From contig MEWB01000001.1 of the NCBI GenBank assembly GCA_001773215.1, positions 742,099 through 806,098 on the forward strand: a stretch of 64,000 nucleotides of DNA. Direction: 5' to 3'. This DNA comes from a candidate division WWE3 bacterium RIFOXYC1_FULL_40_10. Lineage in GTDB: Bacteria > Patescibacteriota > WWE3 > UBA101185 > UBA10185. The position numbers and the translations under genes were made by a program. Positions 38,434-48,626 of the stretch are shown piece by piece (within the stretch, counting starts at the first letter, position 1; each line of letters begins with the position of its first letter). The notes beneath the pieces were generated by a model, which was not told the DNA's origin, searched no databases, and worked only from the letters and a program-made list of their open reading frames with translations.

Positions 38434-40074
38434 ATGCCAAAACAAATTATTTATGATGAAAAAGCACGAGCAAAACTTAAAGCCGGTGTTGACGCCTTGG
38501 CAAAAGCCGTTGCAACAACTTTAGGTCCAAAAGGAGGCAATGTAGCCTTGGATAAAAGCTGGGGAACTCCTCAGGTAGTTCACGACGGAGTGACAGTAGC
38601 AAAAGAAATAGAACTGGAAGATAAATTCGAAAACATGGGCGCTCAAATAGTAAAAGAGGCTGCCTCAAAAACAAACGACACAGCCGGAGATGGCACTACA
38701 ACTTCTACAGTTTTAGCACAAGCTTTGGTTGAAGAAGGACTAAAAAATGTATCGGCTGGCGCAAATCCCATGATGATAAGACGTGGTCTAGAAAAGGCAG
38801 TCGCCCTAGCAGTTGAAGAAATAAAAAAACTAGCAAAACCTATTTCTAATAAAGAAGAAAAAGCTCAAGTCGCAATTATTTCTTCACAAAGCGAAAAAAT
38901 TGGGAATTTAATCGCAGAAGCTATGGAAAAAGTGGGATCCGCAGGAGTAATCACAGTTGATGAATCAAAAACGGCCGAGATTGAATTGGAATACAAAGAA
39001 GGTATGCAATTTGATCGCGGGTATGTTAGTCCTTACTTTGTAACAAATGCCGAAAAAATGGAAGCGGAAATTGAGGATCCTTACATTTTGGTAACCGACC
39101 AAAAAATCTCAAATATGCAGGATATGATGCCTATGCTCGAAAGCCTGGTAAAAGTTTCTAAAAATTTGGTGATACTAGCTGATGAAGTAGACGGGGAAGC
39201 ATTGGCTACTTTAGTGGTTAACAAGCTACGTGGTGTTCTAAATGTTTTAGCTGTAAAGGCCCCAGGGTTCGGGGATCGCCGCAAAGCAATACTGGAAGAT
39301 ATAGCCACCTTAACAGGAGCTAATATAATTAGCCAAGACACGGGTCGAAAACTCGATTCGGTGACTGTGGAAGACTTAGGCCACTGCGACAGAATAATAA
39401 GCGATAAAGACAACACCACAATTGTAGGAGGTAAAGGCAAAGAAGACACTATTAACGATAGGGTTAAAATAATCCAGGCGCAAATAGAACAAACTACAGC
39501 CGAATACGACAAAGAAAAACTTCAGGAAAGAATGGCTAAATTAACAGGCGGAGTAGCAGTTATAAACGTGGGAGCTTCAACAGAATCCGAATTAAAAGAA
39601 CTTAAGTTAAGAGTTGAAGACGCAGTCAATGCTACTAAAGCCGCAGTAGAAGAAGGCATAGTCGCCGGAGGTGGAATTACTTTCTTGAATATTAGACCTG
39701 CACTTGAAAAATTAACCTTACTAGGTGATGAGGCCACAGGAGCAAAAATACTTCTAAAAGCTTTAGAAAAGCCCGCAAGATTGATCATTAGAAACGCTGG
39801 TGCCGACGATGGCAAGGTATTAGCCGAAATCGAAAGACAGGCAAAAGACAATATTAATACAGGATTTGATGTAATTTCCATGGATTATGTTGACCTAGTG
39901 AAAAAGGGAATTATTGATCCGGCTAAAGTTGCCCGAAGTGCTCTGCAGAACGCAGTTAGTGCCGCAACTATGATTATTACAACCGAATGCTTGGTAACCG
40001 ATACCCCAAAGAAAGAATCCGAAACACCGGCAATGCCCGGAGGCGGAATGGGTGGCATGGGCGGAATGATGTAA
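38434..40074 (+). CDS. groEL: Chaperonin GroEL
   Basis: [24 protein letters not shown] tail. Confidence 0.99.
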   Translation: MPKQIIYDEKARAKLKAGVDALAKAVATTLGPKGGNVALDKSWGTPQVVHDGVTVAKEIELEDKFENMGAQIVKEAASKTNDTAGDGTTTSTVLAQALVEEGLKNVSAGANPMMIRRGLEKAVALAVEEIKKLAKPISNKEEKAQVAIISSQSEKIGNLIAEAMEKVGSAGVITVDESKTAEIELEYKEGMQFDRGYVSPYFVTNAEKMEAEIEDPYILVTDQKISNMQDMMPMLESLVKVSKNLVILADEVDGEALATLVVNKLRGVLNVLAVKAPGFGDRRKAILEDIATLTGANIISQDTGRKLDSVTVEDLGHCDRIISDKDNTTIVGGKGKEDTINDRVKIIQAQIEQTTAEYDKEKLQERMAKLTGGVAVINVGASTESELKELKLRVEDAVNATKAAVEEGIVAGGGITFLNIRPALEKLTLLGDEATGAKILLKALEKPARLIIRNAGADDGKVLAEIERQAKDNINTGFDVISMDYVDLVKKGIIDPAKVARSALQNAVSAATMIITTECLVTDTPKKESETPAMPGGGMGGMGGMM

Positions 40075-40104
40075 GAAAAATTTCGTAGTTAAGTTTAACA
40101 GCAT

Positions 40105-40130
40105 GAGGCGAGGGCTTTAGCCCTCGCCTC
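40105..40130. terminator. Strong hairpin between convergent groEL and the Tat locus
   Basis: Perfect GAGGCGAGGGCT/AGCCCTCGCCTC stem. Confidence 0.75.
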
Positions 40131-40140
40131 CCGTTTATTT

Positions 40141-40536
40141 CTAGGCTATCACTAAATTAAAAACAAAGTGTATGAAAATCGACAAACAAATCCCCGGAAC
40201 TACCCAATAAATCCCTTTTCTAAACGAATTCCACATAATAGTTAGAGTGCCACAGTGGAGTGTAACAAGTCCTAAAAATTTAGGTAAAAGCAAGTATACA
40301 GTCCCAAGCGCCCATAAATTCATAGAAAATAATACCGTCTCAGACAAAGTAAACAACACTCCAAATATTAATACCCACTTTATGCTTCTGTCTTTGTTTC
40401 GATAAAATAGCCCTGCAATTAGAACCAATTTCGCTAATTCCTCCACCAAGTACGGATAAGGTAGAACTTTTTCAACAGGCAACAGCAAAAAAGGAAAAAT
40501 TACACTTAGAAAACCCAGCCAGGGTATTTTACTCAT
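40141..40536 (-). CDS. Minimal PrsW-family intramembrane glutamic/metallo-protease
   Basis: EELAK (EExxK), FTLSE (FxxxE), H and HFVFN (HxxxN) within TM helices. Confidence 0.7.
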   Translation of the reverse strand: MSKIPWLGFLSVIFPFLLLPVEKVLPYPYLVEELAKLVLIAGLFYRNKDRSIKWVLIFGVLFTLSETVLFSMNLWALGTVYLLLPKFLGLVTLHCGTLTIMWNSFRKGIYWVVPGICLSIFIHFVFNLVIA

Positions 40537-42439
40537 TTTCTATACCTTCGATATAGTTATTATTTATCCAACCATCTAAATATTCTTTTCCTTCTACTAT
40601 GAAATCCACTTTTACCTTTGTCCAACCGCCTATTTCCTCCATAAAGGTAACCTCCCTAGACTCAGGTATCTTTCCTATGATCGCCGAGCTTAAAGAGCCT
40701 TTTTCCCTAACATTTACCGGATAACTATCTATTACAAGGACTCGAACTTTTTTTTCATTCTTTTGCTCTACAGCAGTCTCCTGAGCTACAGGGACCAACT
40801 CCTTGGATGGTTGCGTAACTTCAGCAGATTTGACTTCAGGGACGTAAACCTTGGGTACCTTGTTTTTTATTAGATAAATTGCCCCAAATAGTAACCCAAT
40901 GCTTGATGCCGCAACAAATATTACCAGTATAATGCCGTACCGCGGCCGTAACTTATTCTGAGTTACACTTGGAATGATCTGAGATACAGAGGCGGGTTGA
41001 TAGCCTGTGACTTTTCTCATATAGTAGGCCATAAAAACAAATCCCCCTATTAGCACTATTATTAAACCCCACACTCCCAAAGTCTGAGCACCACCAATAA
41101 ACCCTGTCATAGAGCCCAGTGCCCCCACCGACGAAACCAAATTCTCCAAACTATCCAATTTTTTATAAGCTTCCTGCTTTTCAGATTCAGCTTCTCTATA
41201 TGCTCTAATTTTTCCCTGAGGGGTGGCTGCTTCCTGCTGGATCCTAATGATTCTAGCCAAAGCGGCATCAACATCAGATTTTAGTAAAGTACCTTGAGCG
41301 TAATAGCTCGTACCCTTTAAAGGTTTATACAAACTCTCAGCCTGGGATTTAATAGAATCAAGTTCTTCTTGAGAAATTTGCCACACATCGGTTACCTCTA
41401 CTGTTATAACCTGGGTTTTTCCGGGGGCAAGTTCGAATTCAGCACTAACATAATAAGCCTCAGTGGTTGCGTCGTAATCAATTTTTAGCCCCAAGTCCAT
41501 TTCTAGAATATCTTCTCTTTTAATTTCTTTAGGGAGGTAATATTTTAAGGGAACAGTTTGATTAGATACGGTTGAAGGGTTGGTAATTAGTGTTTTGAAA
41601 ATAATACTTCCTTCTTCAAGCCAAGTCTTAATAATGGGTTGGTTAGTGACTTTTTCAAGAAGCTGTCTGTTTACATCAACAACAGCTCTCAAAGCCATTA
41701 GCTTGTTTTTTACCTCTTTAGTGTCGTCCAAGCTTGTTTCTGCTAACGAAAGTATTGAGTCAACGTCCTCGACAGTATTTATATCGTCGATTTCATCGGA
41801 AATATCATCTACTTTGTTATAAATATCCTCAGCAGAGTAAGTCCCCCACTTTGCTACAAGGGCATCTATATCTACCTCTATGGCAGTTAACTTATCTACC
41901 TGGTCCTTAACTCCCTTAACTTTTCCAAAGACCGTATTGGCAACCGAAGTGTCGGAAGGGGAACCGATTAAAGTTACAATATCCCCTAAATCATAGTTAT
42001 TTACCGTTTGTATCGCCAAAAGGGTGTCATCAACCGAAGTAGATATATCCTCAAAATCATCTCCAACAATAAAACTCTTGTCGTAATACCCTGTTTCTCC
42101 CCCGTAGGTACAAGAAATTAAAGCTCTGTAAAAACCTTCGGGAGTTGTAATATTCGATGTATAGCTATGCCAACCGTCACTACTCGCCACCATGGCATGA
42201 TCTTCTAGAACTAAATCCCCACTGGGATTTCTAATATCAAGTGTGCATGCTGAAGATACAATAGGCGCCCCTGTGTTATCAAAAACGAACTCCCCAATTA
42301 CGCAATCTACTCCGGACCGGCAACGCTGATAATCCTGAGCCCCTTGAGTAGAAAGAAAACATGCACTCAACAAAGTGAGTGTTGTTACAAGCAAGGTTCT
42401 GGATACTAAACTAACTTTTCTTACTTTCATCCTTACCAT
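40529..42439 (-). CDS. Large membrane-anchored extracytoplasmic protein with Ig-like/coiled-coil regions, two TMs and a C-terminal SH3b domain
   Basis: Sec-type signal; heptad-rich segments; two TMs; VNVREKGS...IIGKI...GWTKV...GWINNNYI. Confidence 0.75.
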   Translation of the reverse strand: MVRMKVRKVSLVSRTLLVTTLTLLSACFLSTQGAQDYQRCRSGVDCVIGEFVFDNTGAPIVSSACTLDIRNPSGDLVLEDHAMVASSDGWHSYTSNITTPEGFYRALISCTYGGETGYYDKSFIVGDDFEDISTSVDDTLLAIQTVNNYDLGDIVTLIGSPSDTSVANTVFGKVKGVKDQVDKLTAIEVDIDALVAKWGTYSAEDIYNKVDDISDEIDDINTVEDVDSILSLAETSLDDTKEVKNKLMALRAVVDVNRQLLEKVTNQPIIKTWLEEGSIIFKTLITNPSTVSNQTVPLKYYLPKEIKREDILEMDLGLKIDYDATTEAYYVSAEFELAPGKTQVITVEVTDVWQISQEELDSIKSQAESLYKPLKGTSYYAQGTLLKSDVDAALARIIRIQQEAATPQGKIRAYREAESEKQEAYKKLDSLENLVSSVGALGSMTGFIGGAQTLGVWGLIIVLIGGFVFMAYYMRKVTGYQPASVSQIIPSVTQNKLRPRYGIILVIFVAASSIGLLFGAIYLIKNKVPKVYVPEVKSAEVTQPSKELVPVAQETAVEQKNEKKVRVLVIDSYPVNVREKGSLSSAIIGKIPESREVTFMEEIGGWTKVKVDFIVEGKEYLDGWINNNYIEGIENE

Positions 42440-42578
42440 CCGACTTTAGAGCGCTCTTAAATTCCTTGATGGCATCTCCCAATCCTCTTGCCAGCTCGGG
42501 GAGTTTCTTTCCACCAAAAAGCAGAAGCAAAACGAGCAAAACTACAACAATTTCAGTTGTTCCGATATTTCCAAACAA
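42411..42578 (-). CDS. tatA: Twin-arginine translocase subunit TatA (55 aa, not in ORF track)
   Basis: AGGAGG then TTG start; MFGNIGTTEIVVVLLVLLLLFGGKKLPELARGLGDAIKEFKSALKSDGKDESKKS. Confidence 0.95.
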   Translation of the reverse strand: MFGNIGTTEIVVVLLVLLLLFGGKKLPELARGLGDAIKEFKSALKSDGKDESKKS

Positions 42579-42583
42579 TCAGT

Positions 42584-43276
42584 TCACCTCCTAGTCTTTT
42601 TAAGACAAAAAATTGTTATTTCAAACAAAAGTACTAATGGAACTACCATTGCTACCATAGATAATACGTCTGTAGGCGGTAGCAACGCTACAAAAATTAT
42701 AGCACAGGCAAAGATATAGGGACGTTTAGAAATTAACATTTCAAGTTCTAAGATCCCAACCTTCACTAATACTGCCAACACAATCGGAAATTCAAACACC
42801 AGTCCAAGCATTGTGGCGGTGATTAGCACTTGAGAGATAAATACCTGGATATCCCAATAATTACCAATTCTTGTACCATAAAGCAAATCAGCAAATGTAA
42901 AAATAACGAATTTCATTAACAAGACGCCAAATATAAACCCAACGAAAAACAATACCAAAGCTAAGAAAGAATAAGTCGCAACTAGGCGCCGTTCACCTTT
43001 ATTTAAAGCAGGAAGGACAAATCTAGCCAATAAAAAAACCACTACCGGCAGGGTAATTACTATAGCCACAAGAAAACCAGTATTAGCGGAGAGATTAAAT
43101 ACCTGTAGAGGGGATGTAACAGTCATCTGGATATTGGTAAGATTAAAAATTTTTAGAAAAATTACGAGTAAATTCTTCGAAAATCCAAACCCCAAACAAA
43201 AGGCAACTATAAAAAAAGCTCCTACAACCAAAGCAATTTTTCTTAAGCTGGCCAAATAGTGATCGTACCTAGTCAC
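42584..43276 (-). CDS. tatC: Twin-arginine translocase subunit TatC
   Basis: 6 TM; TSPLQ, FVLPALNKGERR, GLVFEFP, KRPY, LPPTDVLSM...PLVLLFE. Confidence 0.92.
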   Translation of the reverse strand: MTRYDHYLASLRKIALVVGAFFIVAFCLGFGFSKNLLVIFLKIFNLTNIQMTVTSPLQVFNLSANTGFLVAIVITLPVVVFLLARFVLPALNKGERRLVATYSFLALVLFFVGFIFGVLLMKFVIFTFADLLYGTRIGNYWDIQVFISQVLITATMLGLVFEFPIVLAVLVKVGILELEMLISKRPYIFACAIIFVALLPPTDVLSMVAMVVPLVLLFEITIFCLKKTRR

Positions 43277-43277
43277 A

Positions 43278-45680
43278 TTAACCCCCGCTAGCTCTTAAAT
43301 ATCTGGACAAAGTAATGTGCTGCCGCGACGCTGTGGACCCCCCAAGCGAAATGGGAGGGCTCATTGGTAAGGCATCCGTCCAATAATCCAACGAGCCTGA
43401 GTCCAAAGTGTGACTTGTAGGATAGGTGACCACGATATCATCAAAGTAAACGTAAGCGTTGGTTGTGATAGCTCCTGTCCGGGCACTTAGAGAAACCGTT
43501 ATCTGTCCGTAAGCGGTTATCGGAGTGAATGGAAGTTGTAAAAGTTGCCAGTCGGTTGTTTCTGTGGCCTGAACATAGGTTATCGTTCCATCATCGTAAT
43601 CTATAGTTAATCTTGGTAATTGATGGGTTCCTGAATAATAATTCGCTGAGGCTATCTTGCACCATATCCCTACTATCATGGTTTTGTTTTGGATATTTCC
43701 CGTAGGGATAGTAAACTGCCAATCATTTAACGAATTAGTGCTGTTTTCGGGCTTGTAACGTATAGCCAACCCATCCGCCGTATGACAAGTGGTATCAGTA
43801 AGCCCTGCACCTGTGGACTGGGTTACTCCATACTTAAAATAGCAGGTGTGGTTGTTAGCCACCTGGTCGTTGGTATCAATTTTTATATAAGAACCAAGAG
43901 TCATGCCAGAATAATTATTCACATCATTTGTAGAACCCAAAATACAGTTCTTAACGATAACTCTCTGGTAGGTAGACGAGGTTATATCTATATTGTTCGT
44001 TCCTGCAGACTTGTTTCCCCATTCGCAATCCTCAAATACCGTGTCAATAGTATTTACCGTAAGTGATACATTGCTCGTTGCTTTATCAGAATGACAACGA
44101 GTAAACGTGTTTAAAATAAATGTACCGTAGATTCTGTAACCACCCGCTCCCCCACATATTCTCATATCTGTAAAAGTACAGTTTACGCAGTTGCTCAGAA
44201 GAAGCGGGTCGTATGTACCCGAACCAGAACCACCGCTCTGAATGTTACTTATTGTAGAATTAAGGGCATAACTGATGTAGAACGTGGCATTAGCACCAAG
44301 GTTCCCCGCATAAATATGATCAATGGTTCCATTAAATATCGTCAAACCTTTAGAGTTTCCCCAGTCCCCTTGTCTCATAAATATATACTGGTAGTGGGTT
44401 CCTGTCATGGCTGTTGTAACAGCGGTTACTGCTGCATAGCTAACCAAATTGGGTCCCAACGTAGTAGTTCTTTGCATAATCAAAGTGTCTATTTCGTAAG
44501 GGGTAAAGCGGGTTGTGTCTATTGCCCCATATGAGGTACACTGCAACATCACACAACCAGAATCAACAAATACACCACTAACTTTCCACGTGTGAAATTG
44601 ACCGCCCGCCATTGAACCAGTGCCATTAAGTTTTATTCCACACCTGCTTGCTCTGGTAAAATTCCAAACAACAAAATCTGCATAGTGCAGATAAGTAAGA
44701 TTAGCAACGGTTGTTATAGATGTGCCCGATATAGAAGAAATTGTTGGTGACTCATAGCCGACATTTAAGCTGTTAGCACCCAGAACATCAATCACATCTG
44801 TGGCTACCCATGATGCCGACATATCATCGGTAGTAGTGATAATCTTTTGGGAGGCTGCAGCGTTAGAAGCCAGGGTTGTATAATAACTTGTCGGCTTCTC
44901 CCCATACAATGAGATCTCATTTTGTATTGGAACTGCATAATTAACTCCAAAATAATGATTAGCGATATTTATAATAGCTTGCTGAGCATAAGGTATTCTG
45001 TTTGTACTATCACCAACCTCAAGCCGTAAATCTCTTGACCAATAAAGACTGGTGACCGTAAGAGTGTAACTTGCTGCTGGTGTACTATCCCACACAAGAT
45101 GCGTATTAACTCCTGTAGCGACTGTCGTCGCGGTGATGCTCTGGTCAATGGTAAAAACTTGCCCGTCACGAAAAACAATATTGTCTCCCGACGAATAAGA
45201 GGTCGTCGCTGTGAGAACAACGCCATAACTATACCCCGAACGAAGGTAAACTTGGCCCGAAGCACTTGCTTGTATCCACCATCTCCATGTAGAAGCACCG
45301 GTTGTAACAGCAGCAGCGGTGCCAAGCTCAAAATAATGACCCATTAAGTATCCAGCCACATAACCACTATGAGTACTTAAAATATCAGATTGTGTTGCTG
45401 TTACTGTAGCCCCTGCTACATCTCCCCATGCACCACCAGAGTATTGTTGAAGTTTCACAGTTACCGTAGTACCTGCCGCAAAAGCTCCGTTTGTGGATAA
45501 TGCTATAAACACACCTTCGCAATCTCCTGCTTCATTCGGGGTAAATTCTTGAGTCCTTACTGTGCCTATATCAGTTCCCGCAGAAGCCTCAGACATATTC
45601 GGTGCCCACGAAAAAGCCACCACTTTTTGTGGTGTTAAGGTCGAAAAAGCTCCTCCCGCTTTATAGAAAATTGTTGCCAT
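43278..45680 (-). CDS. Large Thr/Ser/Gly/Asn-rich beta-helix-like protein with C-terminal jelly-roll/CBM-like domain; no signal peptide
   Basis: Composition and short beta-strand repeats (NSTISNI, NCVNCTF, NTFTRC); C-terminal WQLLQLPFTP...VYFDDI. Confidence 0.65.
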   Translation of the reverse strand: MATIFYKAGGAFSTLTPQKVVAFSWAPNMSEASAGTDIGTVRTQEFTPNEAGDCEGVFIALSTNGAFAAGTTVTVKLQQYSGGAWGDVAGATVTATQSDILSTHSGYVAGYLMGHYFELGTAAAVTTGASTWRWWIQASASGQVYLRSGYSYGVVLTATTSYSSGDNIVFRDGQVFTIDQSITATTVATGVNTHLVWDSTPAASYTLTVTSLYWSRDLRLEVGDSTNRIPYAQQAIINIANHYFGVNYAVPIQNEISLYGEKPTSYYTTLASNAAASQKIITTTDDMSASWVATDVIDVLGANSLNVGYESPTISSISGTSITTVANLTYLHYADFVVWNFTRASRCGIKLNGTGSMAGGQFHTWKVSGVFVDSGCVMLQCTSYGAIDTTRFTPYEIDTLIMQRTTTLGPNLVSYAAVTAVTTAMTGTHYQYIFMRQGDWGNSKGLTIFNGTIDHIYAGNLGANATFYISYALNSTISNIQSGGSGSGTYDPLLLSNCVNCTFTDMRICGGAGGYRIYGTFILNTFTRCHSDKATSNVSLTVNTIDTVFEDCEWGNKSAGTNNIDITSSTYQRVIVKNCILGSTNDVNNYSGMTLGSYIKIDTNDQVANNHTCYFKYGVTQSTGAGLTDTTCHTADGLAIRYKPENSTNSLNDWQFTIPTGNIQNKTMIVGIWCKIASANYYSGTHQLPRLTIDYDDGTITYVQATETTDWQLLQLPFTPITAYGQITVSLSARTGAITTNAYVYFDDIVVTYPTSHTLDSGSLDYWTDALPMSPPISLGGSTASRQHITLSRYLRASGG

Positions 45681-45686
45681 ACCACC

Positions 45687-46160
45687 CTAGCTTCTTTCCT
45701 TCGTGCCATAAGCGATTGTTTTATCAGCAGAGGCACAAACAAGGTAAATACTCTGCCCGGATCCCAAATCCATATTCAGACTTCCCCCCGAGGAAATCAA
45801 TCTTCTCAAAGCGGATGTACCAGCAATACCGGAACTCCATCCCCAATAAACACTGCTATCGGAGCTGTTGTAAATATCTAAAATATAATCTTTTGAGGGA
45901 ACATTCCCACTAGCCGGGCATTGGTACGCAGTATCCTGGGTGGTAAGCGTCAACGAATAATCCGCCCCCGACCCAGAGAAATTCTTGATGCCTATGGGAT
46001 CCGGTACACCTGTGGAACCAAAACTTAGGGCGTTGGATTTTTTGTTTAATAAAAAACCCACCAAAGAAACAATTCCGATAGAAAAAAGGTATTTAAAAAA
46101 CTTCCTGCGCTCGTAATCAGGTTTTTCAATATCAATTAGTGTAGTTATTCGGTCGTTCAT
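45687..46160 (-). CDS. Small exported protein with twin-arginine signal peptide
   Basis: ERRKFFK, h-region YLFSIGIVSLVGFLL, basic NKK, SNA cleavage-like site. Confidence 0.75.
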   Translation of the reverse strand: MNDRITTLIDIEKPDYERRKFFKYLFSIGIVSLVGFLLNKKSNALSFGSTGVPDPIGIKNFSGSGADYSLTLTTQDTAYQCPASGNVPSKDYILDIYNSSDSSVYWGWSSGIAGTSALRRLISSGGSLNMDLGSGQSIYLVCASADKTIAYGTKERS

Positions 46161-46215
46161 ATTGGCAGATTTCTGTACATTATTATAAATGTTATGTCTA
46201 TGAACGACAATGGTC

Positions 46216-48075
46216 CTAGTTATACCCCTCGGCCTGCAGTTTAAATGCTTCTGCGTAAAACCCCCCCATAGCCATCAATTCCTCGTGGGAGCCTTCCTCC
46301 ACAATCACTCCCCCGTCGATTACAATTATCCTGTCGGCATTTCGTACTGTGGAAAATTTGTGTGAAATTATAATAACGGTTTTATTTTTGAAAAACTTAT
46401 AAATGTTACCAAAGATTTTCGATTCCGATACAGGATCGATAGCTGCAGTAGGCTCGTCAAAAATCACCAAGGGGGCATCTCTATAAAAAAACCTGGCAAT
46501 AGCTATTTTTTGCCACTGGCCTGAGGAAGGTCTAATACCTCCTTTATATCTTTCACTTAAAACCTGTTTAAATTTGTTCGGATAATCTTGGATAAACGAA
46601 TAGCAATCAGCCGACTTAGCCGACTCCTCAACTTTCTCTCTATCGATTGGTTTAGAGGTATCACCTATGTAAATATTCTCTTCCGCGGTTAACTGGCCGT
46701 AAGTGTTATATTCCTGAAAAAGTGTTCCCATGTTTTTATACAAAGATTCCGAAGAGATTTCGTTTATGTTTGTGCCATTAACATAAATACCACCCTTGTC
46801 TACTGGGTAAAATCTGCAAAGCAATTTAACTAAAGTTGTCTTTCCCGCCCCGTTTTTACCAACAATGGCAAGTTTTTCGTTTGGCTTGATCCTAAGATCT
46901 AGTCCTTTTAATACATATCTGTCAGTTCGGGGATACTTAAAACTTACATTATCTAATCTGATTTCAGGGCCTTCTTTAAACTTAGAAACCCTTACGGAGC
47001 CATCTTTAAAAGTTGACTCCATTGCAAACAAGGTATACATATCCTTGTATCTCAATGCCGATTCCAACACGTCATTTACGCTAGAAATGAATGAGTCCAG
47101 CGTATTTCTAAAAGATTCAATTGTTCTATACCAAAAAGTTACATCTCCTATAGAGATAAGTTTTAGAAAAAGCCTTCTAATAACCTCTGCGAGCATACCA
47201 AAGGATATTACATTCGTAACCAGAGTGAAACTATAATCGGATATCATCCATTCTTTCCATGTATCTATAGATTTTTTGGCGAATTTCTCACTAAAATCCA
47301 TAAATAACTTATCTAAAAAGTTATGAGAATTTGTGATATTTATTTCCTCTAGTTTTGAAGATTCCGATAGATTAGAGGCACAGGCAACTGCCTGCCTACG
47401 CTCCTCTGTTGTGTCAAACTCCAAATTAAACAAGCGCCTTCGAAACTTTTTATCGATGTATATATAGGGTATATAAACCAATACCAAAATTGCCACGAAG
47501 CTAGGAGCAAATGTAAATACCAATCCTCCTGTAGTGAAAACTTTAACAATAGTAGAAAATATGGATATAGATTGACTATAGAAATCTACTGCACTCCACA
47601 AATAGTCCTGCGCTCGTGTGATTTTGTCGTTAACCCCGGGCTGCTCGAGAGTTTGTATTCCTAGAACTTGTAATTTTTGATAAAAATATCTTCGAACTTT
47701 GTAACGGTTTCTGGTACGCAAATAGGTGCGGGATAAGCGATAGAAAAATCTTATTATCATCATTAAAAAGTTATAAGCAAATAGTACTCCTAGTATCTTG
47801 TAGGTGTCGGATAACTGTGGGTTTGTACCCTGCGAAAGTTTGATCAATGAGTCTATTAGCCAACCCATTAAATACGCGTTCACCAAATCCTGTAGGTAAA
47901 AAATGGTATCTCCTACCACATAAATGATAGAGTTGATAGGATCAACTTTGAACATTAATTCTATTACCCATTTTAGAACCTGCACAAACTCTTTTGTGGA
48001 AAGTTTCTTGCTGAAGGAATCGTTGGAATCTTGTGGTTTGGATGTGGTTTCTTTAGACATAAAAGGCTTCCTCAT
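46216..48075 (-). CDS. ABC exporter, fused TMD-NBD
   Basis: GKNGAGKT, SSGQWQKIAIAR, FDEPT, ISHK. Confidence 0.93.
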   Translation of the reverse strand: MRKPFMSKETTSKPQDSNDSFSKKLSTKEFVQVLKWVIELMFKVDPINSIIYVVGDTIFYLQDLVNAYLMGWLIDSLIKLSQGTNPQLSDTYKILGVLFAYNFLMMIIRFFYRLSRTYLRTRNRYKVRRYFYQKLQVLGIQTLEQPGVNDKITRAQDYLWSAVDFYSQSISIFSTIVKVFTTGGLVFTFAPSFVAILVLVYIPYIYIDKKFRRRLFNLEFDTTEERRQAVACASNLSESSKLEEINITNSHNFLDKLFMDFSEKFAKKSIDTWKEWMISDYSFTLVTNVISFGMLAEVIRRLFLKLISIGDVTFWYRTIESFRNTLDSFISSVNDVLESALRYKDMYTLFAMESTFKDGSVRVSKFKEGPEIRLDNVSFKYPRTDRYVLKGLDLRIKPNEKLAIVGKNGAGKTTLVKLLCRFYPVDKGGIYVNGTNINEISSESLYKNMGTLFQEYNTYGQLTAEENIYIGDTSKPIDREKVEESAKSADCYSFIQDYPNKFKQVLSERYKGGIRPSSGQWQKIAIARFFYRDAPLVIFDEPTAAIDPVSESKIFGNIYKFFKNKTVIIISHKFSTVRNADRIIVIDGGVIVEEGSHEELMAMGGFYAEAFKLQAEGYN

Positions 48076-48194
48076 TTTGAGCTGTACTCACTTTTTTGTC
48101 AAGACTTTACAATTAACATTGTAATATGTGAATTTGATTTTTTTACCAAACATTAGTAGAATTCCCCTCACATAAAGGCGTAAAGGAGAAAGTA

Positions 48195-48584
48195 ATGCCT
48201 ACTACACAAAAATGTCACCTAATGTTCGTAAACTTCCAGAACCAAACACAGAAAGTAGGTCCTGAGCTTGTGGTCGAGCTTAGTAACCTGGTGGACAAAG
48301 TACTCACACCGGGATTTGAGAAAAAAGTACGAACTATGATCCGATCGGCACTTAAGTCTGCGCATAACTACGGAGCCCACGGAGTTGTGTGTCTTCTGTC
48401 TGTCAATCGCTACCCCCCTAAAAAGCTGTTCGAAGTGAACCTTGCTCAATGGCATTACAACCAGGACAAGTTTCAGGATCGAGGGTGGAATCACGACGAG
48501 TTTATGGCTGAAATTCTCAGAAACGCATGCTCGGAAATGCTCCAAGCACTTGCTCATCTAGCCACTTTCCCAAACAGTGAGTAG
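48195..48584 (+). CDS. Hypothetical orphan protein
   Basis: TAGAAT and AAAGGAG upstream; hairpin at 48600-48627 downstream. Confidence 0.7.
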   Translation: MPTTQKCHLMFVNFQNQTQKVGPELVVELSNLVDKVLTPGFEKKVRTMIRSALKSAHNYGAHGVVCLLSVNRYPPKKLFEVNLAQWHYNQDKFQDRGWNHDEFMAEILRNACSEMLQALAHLATFPNSE

Positions 48585-48626
48585 CTAAACTTAGTCAAAG
48601 GAGGGGAAACTAAATATTTTCCCTCC

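Noticed and set aside
40030-40074. GGM repeats at the end of groEL (and NPNPNP near the end of dnaK)
   Set aside because: These are normal low-complexity chaperone tails.
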